Origin: Candidatus Rokuibacteriota bacterium | Lineage (GTDB): Bacteria > Methylomirabilota > Methylomirabilia > Rokubacteriales > CSP1-6 | Direction of reading: 5' to 3' | DNA length: 56,627 nucleotides | NCBI GenBank assembly: GCA_003220595.1 | Contig: QHSZ01000022.1 | Location: 1 to 56,627 of the forward strand | In this document: one piece after another, positions 1 through 10,572 of the stretch | How the letters are laid out: the number at the start of each line of letters is the position of its first letter | Position numbering within the stretch: the first letter of the stretch is position 1 | The notes under the pieces: generated by a model | Database searches by the model: none | Told to the model about the DNA's origin: nothing | Seen by the model: only the letters and a program-made list of their open reading frames with translations | Translations under genes and position numbers: made by a program

Positions 1-238
1 CGCCGACGGCGTCGGCGAAGCGCTGGAACACTCGGAGCGAGCGCAGGACCATCGCGCTCGTCTCGGGCGTTGGGTAAAGCTGCCGGATGATGCCGACCGA
101 GCGGCCCGTCCCGCCGGCGGCGAGGAACCGGCGCTCGAGCACGCGGACGTCGCGCACGCCGAGCGACGTCAGGTGGAAGGCGATGGCGGCGCCGGTGACA
201 CCGCCGCCGATGACGATGACGTCGGCGGCGCGCCTCAC
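1..238 (-). CDS. FAD-dependent oxidoreductase (DAO / sarcosine-oxidase-beta-like), N-terminal part only; the 3' end lies beyond the window
   Basis: Not in the ORF track because it has a GTG start at 238 and runs off the window edge. My reverse-strand translation from 238 reads VRRAADVIVIGGGVTGAAIAFHLTSLGVRDVRVLERRFLAAGGTGRSVGIIRQLYP. This is a classic GxGxxG dinucleotide-binding N-terminus of the DAO family. Confidence 0.6.
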   Translation of the reverse strand, partial: MRRAADVIVIGGGVTGAAIAFHLTSLGVRDVRVLERRFLAAGGTGRSVGIIRQLYPTPETSAMVLRSLRVFQRFADAVG

Positions 239-281
239 GCCCGCGTCGGTCCGGCAACGCCGAGCTGCACGATTCGACCCG

Positions 282-1262
282 TCACAGGCTCACCTCCAGG
301 CCGATGGAGCGCTCCCTCGCCCGATTGTACGCGAGCCGGGCCGCGGCGAGGTCCTCCAGGGCCCAGCCGACGGACTTGAAGAGCGTGATCTCCTCGGCCC
401 TCGTGCGCCCCGCGCGGATCCCGCCGACCAGCTCGGCCAGCTCGGCGACGACATGCTCGCGCCCGATCGCGCCCTCGCCGAGCGGGATCAGGAGGTCCCC
501 GGCCTCCTCCCACGCGCCCGCGTACGTGTCCACGGCCACGCGCGCCCGGCGCACGGCCTCGGTGTCGACCTCACGCGCGTCGCGCCGGAACGCGCCGACC
601 GCGTCCACGTGGACACCGGGGCGGAGGTCGACACCCGCCACCACCGGCGCCGTCGCCGTGGTCGCGCACGTGATGACGTCCGCAGCGGTGACGGCGCTCC
701 GCGCGTCGGACGCGACCTCCACGGGGATGCCGAGCTCCCCCTCGAGCTCGGCGCAGAACGCGTGCGCGCGCCCGGGGTCGCGGCCGACGACACTCACGCC
801 CTCGAGCGGCAGAACCGCCGCCAGGCAGCGCAGCTGGAACCCGGCCTGCACGCCGGCGCCGAAGCACGTGAGCCGGCGCGCGTCCGGCCGCGCCAGGTGC
901 CGGGCGGCGAGGGCCGAGGCGGCGCCGGTCCTGATCCCGGTGAGGAAGGTGCCCTCGAGCAGCGCCAGCGGCCGGCCCGAGGCGCCGTCCAGCAGGACGT
1001 AGGTCGCGTAGATCGTCGGCTGGCCCTGCGCGCGATTGCCGCCGTAGTAGGTGAGGAGCTTCGTGCCGAGCGTGAGGGCGTCCCCGTCTGCGAGCGCCGC
1101 GGGCATGAGGATGAGCAGGCCGTCGGCGCCGACGGGGTGGACGGCGCGCGGCGGCACGCGCGTGCGGCCGGCCGCGTGCGCGCGGATCGCGGCGGCGAGG
1201 GCGTCCACGAGGTCGAGCGGCGTCAGGGCCGCCCGCAGGTCGTCGCGCGAGAGGACCAGCAC
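282..1262 (-). CDS. Ornithine cyclodeaminase / mu-crystallin family protein
   Basis: Last 326 codons of ORF 282..1877. GTG at 1262 gives VLVLSRDDLRAALTPLDLVDAL. The sequence has the Rossmann segment LTCFGAGVQAGFQL and ends ITLFKSVGWALEDLAAARLAY, typical of the OCD family. The upstream part of the ORF is Arg/Pro-rich junk that overlaps the MaoC gene in another frame. Confidence 0.85.
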   Translation of the reverse strand: MLVLSRDDLRAALTPLDLVDALAAAIRAHAAGRTRVPPRAVHPVGADGLLILMPAALADGDALTLGTKLLTYYGGNRAQGQPTIYATYVLLDGASGRPLALLEGTFLTGIRTGAASALAARHLARPDARRLTCFGAGVQAGFQLRCLAAVLPLEGVSVVGRDPGRAHAFCAELEGELGIPVEVASDARSAVTAADVITCATTATAPVVAGVDLRPGVHVDAVGAFRRDAREVDTEAVRRARVAVDTYAGAWEEAGDLLIPLGEGAIGREHVVAELAELVGGIRAGRTRAEEITLFKSVGWALEDLAAARLAYNRARERSIGLEVSL

Positions 1263-1279
1263 CGCCCGGGACGGCGCGC

Positions 1280-1735
1280 TCAGGCGCCCGCGCGCCGGAT
1301 CATCCGCTGCACCCGCGCCTCGAGGACCAGCTCGCCGCGCTGGTTCAGGACGCGGTGCCGGTAGGTGACGACGCCGCGGTCGGGCTTTTTCGTCTCGCGC
1401 TTGTCGGCGACCTCGACCTCCACCGTCAGCGTGTCGCCCTCGAGGACGGGCGCGACCACGCGGATCTCGCCGCCGAGCCACGCCATGCCCGTGCCGTGGA
1501 TGAGACCCGTCTGCATGATGAGTCCCTCGGCGAGGGCGAAGGTGAGGGCGCCCGGCGCGGCGCGGCGCTTGAAGACCGACTCGCGCGCCACGTACTCCAT
1601 GTCCATGAAGAGGGGCTCGGTGAAGCCGCAGAGGTTCACGAAGTTGACGATGTCGGTCTCGGACACGGTGCGGCCGAGCGTCCGGTGCGTGGCGCCGATC
1701 TCGTGCTGCTCGAAGGTGAGTCCGCTCGTTCTCAT
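1280..1735 (-). CDS. MaoC-like (R)-specific enoyl-CoA hydratase / hot-dog fold dehydratase
   Basis: Last 151 codons of ORF 1280..3343, starting MRTSGLTFEQHEIGATHRTLGRTVSETDIVNFVNLCGFTEPLFMD. ATG 1735 overlaps the upstream stop as ATGA. Confidence 0.85.
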   Translation of the reverse strand: MRTSGLTFEQHEIGATHRTLGRTVSETDIVNFVNLCGFTEPLFMDMEYVARESVFKRRAAPGALTFALAEGLIMQTGLIHGTGMAWLGGEIRVVAPVLEGDTLTVEVEVADKRETKKPDRGVVTYRHRVLNQRGELVLEARVQRMIRRAGA

Positions 1736-3372
1736 CGTTCCCCCGTGGCGCTGGTGTGCGCGGCGCGCCGTCGCTCGAAGATCGCCAGCCAGGCGTCGGC
1801 CCTCGGAGTGTACGTCGCGGCCTCCGGACCCCAGAGGTATCGCGTCTGACCGAGCGAGAGGATCTCGACGACGCCAACCCGATCGTACCGTTTCTGGTAC
1901 CCGTCGAACCAGTGGAAGATCGTCGTGTCGGACCGGGGCGTGACCTGCCACGATGACAGGATCTTCACGAAGACGACGAACCGGGGCTCGAAGACCTCGA
2001 TCTCGTGGATCATCTGGTGCTGCATCGACGCGGCATACGGTTGCGGCTCCATCAGGGGGTAGGTGTAGACATACCCGGTGGCCCCCCGGCGCCGCGCGTA
2101 GAAATAGATCTGCGGCTCCGAGCCGACCACGGCGATCCGCTCGTCCGGCGACGTGCGCTCCCGGATGTACCGCGCGATCTCGACGGACTCGGGGAACGGG
2201 TTCGTGCCGTAGAGGGCCCGCAGCACCTGGTGCGGCGTTCCGGTGAAGAGGAAGGCCCGCTCGAGGTACACGAGGTGGAGGAGCGGGACGGCGGCCAGGG
2301 CGATCGGGATCCCGTACCGCAGGGCCGGCACGCGGACCGGTCCGAGACGCCGCGCGACGGCGTCGACCGCGACACCCGCGAGGATCCCGAGGACGGGGAG
2401 CAGGAGGATGAAGTACTGATGCCGGAAGTAGAGCCCCGCGGACGTCGCGAGGAGCGAGGCGCCGAGGAGGAGGAGGACGACGAGACGCCTCGGGCGCGTC
2501 TCGCGATCCCAGAGGAGCGCCGAGAGCCCGAGACCCGTGAGCGCCACGGTGAGATACGACGTCGGCAGGATCCAGCGGAGCGCCCACCCGAGGTTGAGCA
2601 CGCCGTCCCTGGGCGACGTGGCCGTCGCGTACGCGGACGCGTAGGTGACGGTCCAGAACCAGAAGTTGTCGAACGTGCCCGTCACGCGCATGAGCACGCA
2701 GAGCGCCGCGAACGGCGCCAGCGCGCCGGCCGCGAGGGCCGCGGCGGCGGTGAGTCGACGACGCGCGTCGTCGCGCAGGGCGAGCAGGACGTGCAGGAGG
2801 GCGAACAGCGAGAAGGCGCCGCCGCTCTGCTTCACGAGAAAGGCCGCGCCGAAGAGCACGCCGCTGCCGAGGAACCACGGCAAGCGGCGCCGGTCGAGCG
2901 CGTGCAGGAGGACGCGCACGCCGAGCAGGACGGGTGGCAGGACGAAGTGCTCGGCATAGGCGGAGGTGAAGTACAGCCGCGGGCTCAGCGAGAGCGCGGC
3001 GAAGGCCGCGGCGGCGACGACGGCGACGCGTGTCGCGAAGAGCCGGACGGCGATGAGGAACAGGAGCACGGTCGTGATGGCGTCGGCGACGAGCAGCCCG
3101 AGGTGGATGCCCGTGGGCGTCTGGCCCAGGAGGGCGAGCATCAGGGCGTACACGGCGTAGATACCGGGCATCTTGAAGTTGTACGCCTGCGCGTACGGCG
3201 GGACGCCCGCGAGCAGGAGCTGGGCGAAGTAGGCGTACTCGCCTTCGTCGCGATCGAGTGGAAGCCCGAGGAGCCGGACGCGGACCGCCGCCGCGGCGCC
3301 GACGATCAGCGCGACGAGGACAGCGGCCCACAGGGGAGGGCACGCCCGCTCCACCTTCGGGGACAGACTCAC
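1732..3372 (-). CDS. GT-C fold membrane glycosyltransferase (ArnT / PMT_2-like), copy 2
   Basis: ORF 1732..3636 trimmed to GTG 3372 (VSLSPKVERACPPLWAAVLVALIV), which overlaps the upstream stop as GTGA. It has many hydrophobic spans and an acidic first-loop motif (LPLDRDEGEYAYF). A soluble C-terminal domain of roughly 150 aa follows. Confidence 0.7.
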   Translation of the reverse strand: MSLSPKVERACPPLWAAVLVALIVGAAAAVRVRLLGLPLDRDEGEYAYFAQLLLAGVPPYAQAYNFKMPGIYAVYALMLALLGQTPTGIHLGLLVADAITTVLLFLIAVRLFATRVAVVAAAAFAALSLSPRLYFTSAYAEHFVLPPVLLGVRVLLHALDRRRLPWFLGSGVLFGAAFLVKQSGGAFSLFALLHVLLALRDDARRRLTAAAALAAGALAPFAALCVLMRVTGTFDNFWFWTVTYASAYATATSPRDGVLNLGWALRWILPTSYLTVALTGLGLSALLWDRETRPRRLVVLLLLGASLLATSAGLYFRHQYFILLLPVLGILAGVAVDAVARRLGPVRVPALRYGIPIALAAVPLLHLVYLERAFLFTGTPHQVLRALYGTNPFPESVEIARYIRERTSPDERIAVVGSEPQIYFYARRRGATGYVYTYPLMEPQPYAASMQHQMIHEIEVFEPRFVVFVKILSSWQVTPRSDTTIFHWFDGYQKRYDRVGVVEILSLGQTRYLWGPEAATYTPRADAWLAIFERRRAAHTSATGER

Positions 3373-4916
3373 GGCGCGATCCTCCGGTGCACGGTGATCC
3401 GCGGCCCCTCGCGCGCCCGCTGGTACACGTGGACGCCGGGCTCGGGGATGTTCTCCCAGACGGTGTCCACGTACGGGAGCTCGACGGCGCCGTAGCGGCC
3501 GGAGGAGAGCTCCGCCCGCAGATACCGGAGCGTCCGCGCCTCGTCCTCCGCGCCTTCGGGCGCGAGCATGCGGAAGCGGAAGAAGTGGCGGACCACGATC
3601 CAGTCGGGCGGCGGCCAGCCGGCGAGGCTCTGGCAACCTTGCCCGCCCCGGATCTCGAGATCCGTGTAAAACCGGAGCGGCAGGTCGCCGTACGAGACGA
3701 AGAGGCGCTGGCCGGGCCGGGCCTCCGCGCGGAAGAAGCTCACCATGCCGGCGATCGGGCCCGGCTGGTCGTTCGTGAGCTCACGGACGTATTTCCACAG
3801 CGTCGAGTCGAGGACCCCCCGGCCGAGGTCGGCGCGGTCGACGAGGAGCACGAGCGCGAGCGCCACCGCGCCCAGCGCCCGGGAGGACGACCCGAGGGCC
3901 ACGATCGACGCCGCAGTGAGGAGCGCGCAGACGGGCAGCAGCGTGACGACATAGCGGAAGAACGCGTACGGCATCGCCGAGAGGAAGAGAAGATGGCCCA
4001 GACAAAAGGCGGCGAGCGGAAGACACGTTTCCGGCGAGGGCCAGCTCCTGACCCAGCGAACACCGCCGACGAGGAGGCCGACCGCCGCCAGCATCGCGAG
4101 GAAGAGGACGGGAAGGGTGTAGAGGTCGAGCTGGCGCGCGTACCAGACGAGCGTGGCGACGAATTGCTTCACGGACGCGGCGGCCAGCACGCTCCCGCCC
4201 TTTCCCTGCAGGTCGAAGACGGTGATCGACGGGAAGTTGATCAGGACAGTCGCCACCCCGGCCGAGACCAGCCGGAGCGCGGCGCGGACGTTGGGTCGGG
4301 CGGCGAAGAACGCCAGCACCAGCCCCGCGACGGTCGCGAAGCAGATCAGATAGTTCGAGTGGAACAGGACCGTCAATGCGACGGCCAGCCCGAGGACTGC
4401 GAAGGGCCGATCCCGGCGGAGCACGAAGAAGAAGAAGTAAAGGACCCAGATCGCCGCGAGGATCGCGAGGGCGTAGTAGCGGTCCTGTCGGACGTAGAGC
4501 AGGAACGGGACCGACAGCGCGAGGAGCGCCGTGGCGAGCAGGGCCGGCGCGCGACCCACGAAGAGGACGCGCGCCAGGACGTAGCAGGACAGGACCGCCA
4601 GCACGCCGAGCACGGCGAAGGGCAGACGGGCCCAGAGTGTGTCGACGCCGAACACCTTGAACGAGAGCGCCGTCGCGTAGATCGGCAGCCACGGGGTCTG
4701 GCGCCAGAGGTAGTTGGCGTCGTAGTCCGTGGAGCATTCCTGGGAGATCAGATCCCGCCCGTCCCACGCGATCGGCACGCCGAACCGGAGGACGCGCTGC
4801 GCGAGGAGGGCCGTCTCCGCCTCGTCGTCCCAGAGCAGACGCCCGTCGAGGTTCGTGAAGATCAGGAGCGCTGCGAGGGCCACCAGCAGGGCGACCGGTC
4901 CGAGAGCGCGGATCAT
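3369..4916 (-). CDS. GT-C fold membrane glycosyltransferase (ArnT / PMT_2-like), copy 1
   Basis: 515-aa ORF. The N-terminal TM segment is followed by RLLWDDEAETALLAQ, the acidic first-loop motif of GT-C enzymes. About 10 further hydrophobic spans and a soluble C-terminal domain follow. Confidence 0.7.
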   Translation of the reverse strand: MIRALGPVALLVALAALLIFTNLDGRLLWDDEAETALLAQRVLRFGVPIAWDGRDLISQECSTDYDANYLWRQTPWLPIYATALSFKVFGVDTLWARLPFAVLGVLAVLSCYVLARVLFVGRAPALLATALLALSVPFLLYVRQDRYYALAILAAIWVLYFFFFVLRRDRPFAVLGLAVALTVLFHSNYLICFATVAGLVLAFFAARPNVRAALRLVSAGVATVLINFPSITVFDLQGKGGSVLAAASVKQFVATLVWYARQLDLYTLPVLFLAMLAAVGLLVGGVRWVRSWPSPETCLPLAAFCLGHLLFLSAMPYAFFRYVVTLLPVCALLTAASIVALGSSSRALGAVALALVLLVDRADLGRGVLDSTLWKYVRELTNDQPGPIAGMVSFFRAEARPGQRLFVSYGDLPLRFYTDLEIRGGQGCQSLAGWPPPDWIVVRHFFRFRMLAPEGAEDEARTLRYLRAELSSGRYGAVELPYVDTVWENIPEPGVHVYQRAREGPRITVHRRIAP

Positions 4917-4946
4917 CCGTCCGTGGCGCGGCGGGCGCTCGCGCGC

Positions 4947-5634
4947 TTACTCACCCAGGTAGGCGCGGCGGACGTCCGCGTTGTCGGAGAGCTCGGCGGC
5001 CGTGCCCGCGAGCGCGATCGAGCCGGTCTCCAGCACGTACCCGCGGTGGGCGATCGAGAGCGCCATCGCGGCGTTCTGCTCCACCAGGAGGATCGTCGTG
5101 CCCTGCCGGTTGATGTCGACGATGGTATCGAAGATCTGCTCCACGAGGACGGGCGCCAGCCCCATGCTCGGCTCGTCGAGGAGCAGCAGTCGCGGGCCGA
5201 GCATGAGCGCGCGCGCGATCGCGAGCATCTGCTGCTCACCGCCCGAGAGCGTGCCCGCCACCTGCGCGACCCGCTCGCCGAGGCGCGGGAAGAGCGCGAA
5301 GACGCGGTCGAGGTCGGCGGCGATGCCGGCGTCACGCCGCGTGTATGCGCCCATCACGAGGTTCTCGCGCACCGTCAGCCGGTTGAAGATCCGCCGGCCC
5401 TCGGGCACGTGCGCGAGGCCCCGCATGACGATCTCGTGCGGAGGCACGCCCGCGAGCGGCTGGCCCTCCAGAGTGATCGTCCCGCTCGTCGGGCGGAGCA
5501 GCCCAGAGATCGTCTTGAGTGTCGTCGTCTTGCCGGCGCCGTTGTTGCCGAGGAGCGCGACGATCTCGCCGCGCCCGACCGCGAGGGCGACGCCCTTGAG
5601 GGCGCGGATCTGGCCGTAGGCCACGTCGAGCACG

Positions 5635-5648
<14 letters not shown>
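4947..5648 (-). CDS. livF: Branched-chain amino-acid ABC transporter, ATP-binding protein LivF
   Basis: Walker A GNNGAGKTT, signature LSGGEQQMLAIARAL and Walker B LLLLDEPS. Size (233 aa) and position are typical of LivF. Confidence 0.9.
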
Positions 5649-6426
<778 letters not shown>

Positions 6427-6431
6427 CGGCG

Positions 6432-7621
<1,190 letters not shown>

Positions 7622-7625
<4 letters not shown>

Positions 7626-8593
7626 GCGCGCTCCCGCACGACCTCGCCGAGGAGGCCCTTGGGCCGGAAGATCAGGATCAGGATCAGGACCGAGAAGGCG
7701 AAGATGTCCTTGTACTCGGCGCCGAACGCGCCGCCGGTGAGCAGCGAGAGGTACGAGGCGGCGAACGCCTCGAGGAGCCCCAGCACGATCCCGCCGACCA
7801 TCGCGCCGGGGATGTTGCCGATCCCGCCCAGGACCGCCGCGGTGAACGCCTTGAGCCCTGGGATGAACCCGCTGTAGGGATTGATCAGGCCGTATTGCAC
7901 GCCGAACAGCACGCCGGCCGCGCCGCCCATGGCCCCGCCGATGAGGAACGTGAGCGAGATGATCCGGTTGACGTTGATGCCCATCAGGCTCGCCGCGGCC
8001 TGGTCCTCGGCGACGGCCCGGATCGCGGTCCCCACCTTGGTCCGGTTCACGATGGCGTGCAGGGCCCACAGCATCAGGAGGGCCGCGACGATCACGACGA
8101 GGGACTTCACGGACACGTCCAGCGTCGAGGTGAGCTCGAAGCGCTCGTTGAGCACGTCCATCGTCGGGTAGACCAGGTTGAAGGCGTTGCGCCAGACCGA
8201 CTCGACCAGGCGGATCAGGTCCTGGAGGAAGAACGACACGCCGATGGCCGAGATCAGCGGGATGAGCCGCGGCGCCGCGCGCAGGGGCCGGTAGGCGATT
8301 CGCTCGACGCTGACCGCGAGGGCGGCGCTCCCGGCCATGCCGGCGACGAGGATCAGGACGAGCACGAGCGGCCACGGCAGGGTCTCGAGGAGGCCCGCGC
8401 CCTTGAGCGACAGGAGGATCTCGACGCCGACGAACGCGCCGACGATGAAGATCTCGGAGTGGGCGAAGTTGATGAATTCGAGGACGCCGTAGACCATCGT
8501 GTAGCCGAGCGCGATGAGCGCGTACATGAAGCCGAGGATGATGCCGTCGAGGAGCACCTGCGGGAAGATGCCGACGAGCAGCGGGTAGTCCAT
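7622..8593 (-). CDS. livH: Branched-chain amino-acid ABC transporter permease LivH
   Basis: 323-aa polytopic ORF. LGFMYALIALGYTMVYGVLEFINFAHSE is the hallmark LivH N-terminus. Confidence 0.9.
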
Positions 8594-8682
8594 GCGATGG
8601 CAGGAACACGAGCGGGGCGGGGGCCCCCGGACCCCGTGGGATCCGAGGCTCCGGGGGACTTCCCGTCCCGCTCGATCGTCTT

Positions 8683-9876
8683 CTACTTGGAGGGTGCCGC
8701 GATGACGAGTCGCTTCACCTCTTTGTTGTCACCCCACTTCTCCGGGTTGTCGCTGACGACCTGGAGGACGAAATAGAGCGCCTTCTTCGGGTCACCCTTG
8801 GCGTCGAACTCGACGGAGCCGGTGATGCCCGTGTGGCGCACGCCGCGGATCGCCGCCGTCACCGCCTCGCGCGTCGGCGCCTTGCCGCCCTTGGCGGTGG
8901 CCTCGATGGCCTTGACGGCGATCGCGGTCGCGTCGTACGCCTGCGCGGCGAACGGCTCCGGGTTCTTGCCGAACTTCTTCTTGTAGTCCTCGGCGAACTG
9001 CTTGGCCTGCGGGTAGACGGAGACGGGACCGGCGACCGACGTGTAGTGCATGCCGACCACGGCCTTGCCCCCGATCTTCGTCAGGTCGGAGGAGTCCATG
9101 CCGTCGGGGCCGAGGAACTTCGACTTCACGCCCTTCTCGCGGGCCTGCTTGAAGAACGGCCCGGCCTGCTCGTAGATGCCGCCGAAGTAGATCAGATCGG
9201 GGTTCTTGGCCTTGATCGGCGTGATGATCGGGTCGAAGTTCGACTTCTCCTCGGTGCCCTCGAAGCCGAGCACCTTGATGCCCTTCTTCTCGGCGTCCGC
9301 CTTGAAGAACTCGGCCACGCCCTGGCCGTAGGTGGTCTTGTCGTGGATGACGAACGCGGTCTTCGCCTTGAGCGTGGCGTGCGCGAACTCGGAGCCCACG
9401 ACACCCTGGACGTCGTCACGCCCGCAGACCCGGTAGACGCTCGCGTACCCGCGGTCCGTGATGGTCGGGTTCGTGTTCGCCGGCGAGATCATCGCGAGGT
9501 TGACTTCCTTGTAGACCTCGGACGACGGAATCGCGACGCCGGAGTTCAGGTGCCCGATCACGACCAGGATGTCCTTGTCGGCGATAATGTTCTTGGCGTT
9601 CGCCACGCCGACGTCGGGCTTGGCCTGGTCATCGAACGGCACGAGCTCGACCTTGTAGCCCATCTTCTCCAGGTTGCCCTTGAACTTCTCGACGGCGAGC
9701 TGGGTGCCCAGCTTGATGCCTTCGCCGAGGGCAGCCTGGCCACCGCTGAGCGGACTCTGCGTGGCGATCTTGATGGTGCCCTTGCCCTGCGCGGTCAGGT
9801 GCGACCCTGCCGGCAGCGCCACGAGCGCGAGGGCCGCGAGAAGTACGGCGGTGACACGAACGGGGTAGCGACTCAT
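8683..9876 (-). CDS. livJ: Branched-chain amino-acid ABC transporter substrate-binding protein (LivJ/LivK-like)
   Basis: 397-aa ORF with a signal peptide (MSRYPVRVTAVLLAALALVALPAG). IKIATQSPLSGGQAALGEGIK is typical of the Leu/Ile/Val-binding family. AAGGAGG lies 7 nt upstream of the ATG. Confidence 0.9.
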   Translation of the reverse strand: MSRYPVRVTAVLLAALALVALPAGSHLTAQGKGTIKIATQSPLSGGQAALGEGIKLGTQLAVEKFKGNLEKMGYKVELVPFDDQAKPDVGVANAKNIIADKDILVVIGHLNSGVAIPSSEVYKEVNLAMISPANTNPTITDRGYASVYRVCGRDDVQGVVGSEFAHATLKAKTAFVIHDKTTYGQGVAEFFKADAEKKGIKVLGFEGTEEKSNFDPIITPIKAKNPDLIYFGGIYEQAGPFFKQAREKGVKSKFLGPDGMDSSDLTKIGGKAVVGMHYTSVAGPVSVYPQAKQFAEDYKKKFGKNPEPFAAQAYDATAIAVKAIEATAKGGKAPTREAVTAAIRGVRHTGITGSVEFDAKGDPKKALYFVLQVVSDNPEKWGDNKEVKRLVIAAPSK

Positions 9877-9923
9877 CAGGACGCCTCCTTGGTCTCAGAC
9901 TCGGGGTGATCGACGCGCGGTCA

Positions 9924-9951
9924 ATTATAGCCGCCGGGTCCGGGCGGTCAA
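9924..9951 (-). promoter_or_regulatory. Putative sigma-70 promoter of the liv operon (TTGACC-16 nt-TATAAT)
   Basis: Reverse strand reads TTGACC (9951..9946), 16 nt, then TATAAT (9929..9924). It is about 48 nt upstream of the livJ ATG. The -10 box contains the thiE TAA stop codon. Confidence 0.45.
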
Positions 9952-10572
9952 GTCACGCGCCTCGCGGATCGCCGCGAGGAGCCGGCGCGTGGCGGCGGCG
10001 GGATCGGGGGCGCCGCACACCGCCGAGATCACCGCGACGCCGTCGGCGCCGGCGCGGATCACGTCGCCGACGTTCGCGTGCGTGATGCCGCCGATGCCGA
10101 CGAGCGGCAGCGGCGTCAGCGGCCGGATCCGCCGCAGCAGGTCCGGGCCGGCCAGCTCGAAGTCGGGCTTGGTCGCGGTCTCGAACATCGAGCCGACGGC
10201 GACGTAGTCGACGGCCTCGTCGCGCGCGCGGGTCGCCTGGACGAGGGTGTGCGTGGAGCGCCCGAGGATCATCCCGGGGCGGAGGAGGGGGCGCGCGGCG
10301 CGTGGCGGCAGATCGTCCTGGCCGAGGTGCACGCCGTCGGCGCCCACCGCGACGGCGAGGTCCACCCGGTCGTTCACGATGAAGGTCACGCCGGCCCGTC
10401 GGCAGCGCCCGCCGAGACGCTCGGCGAGCGGCAGGAGCCGTCCCGAGGGCCACTCCTTCTCGCGGAGCTGTACCATGCGACAGCCGCCCTCGAGCGTCGC
10501 CGCGAGGATCTCGTCGAGGTCCCGGCCGCGCGCGGCGACGCGGTCCAGGATCACGTACAGCGTCGGGTCCAT
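9925..10572 (-). CDS. thiE: Thiamine-phosphate synthase
   Basis: Last 215 codons of ORF 9925..11628, starting MDPTLYVILDRVAARGRDLDEIL. Also contains VQLREKEW, FIVNDRVDLAVAVGADGVHLGQDD and VGIGGIT. ATG 10572 shares one nt with the accC stop. Confidence 0.85.
   Translation of the reverse strand: MDPTLYVILDRVAARGRDLDEILAATLEGGCRMVQLREKEWPSGRLLPLAERLGGRCRRAGVTFIVNDRVDLAVAVGADGVHLGQDDLPPRAARPLLRPGMILGRSTHTLVQATRARDEAVDYVAVGSMFETATKPDFELAGPDLLRRIRPLTPLPLVGIGGITHANVGDVIRAGADGVAVISAVCGAPDPAAATRRLLAAIREARDLTARTRRL

Noticed and set aside
8618-8629. The 12-bp palindrome CGGGGGCCCCCG in the livJ-livH spacer as a specific regulatory site.
   Set aside because: Short G/C-only palindromes are expected by chance at this GC content. 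At most it is a generic intercistronic stem that modulates the ratio of binding protein to permease, and there is nothing further to support a specific call.
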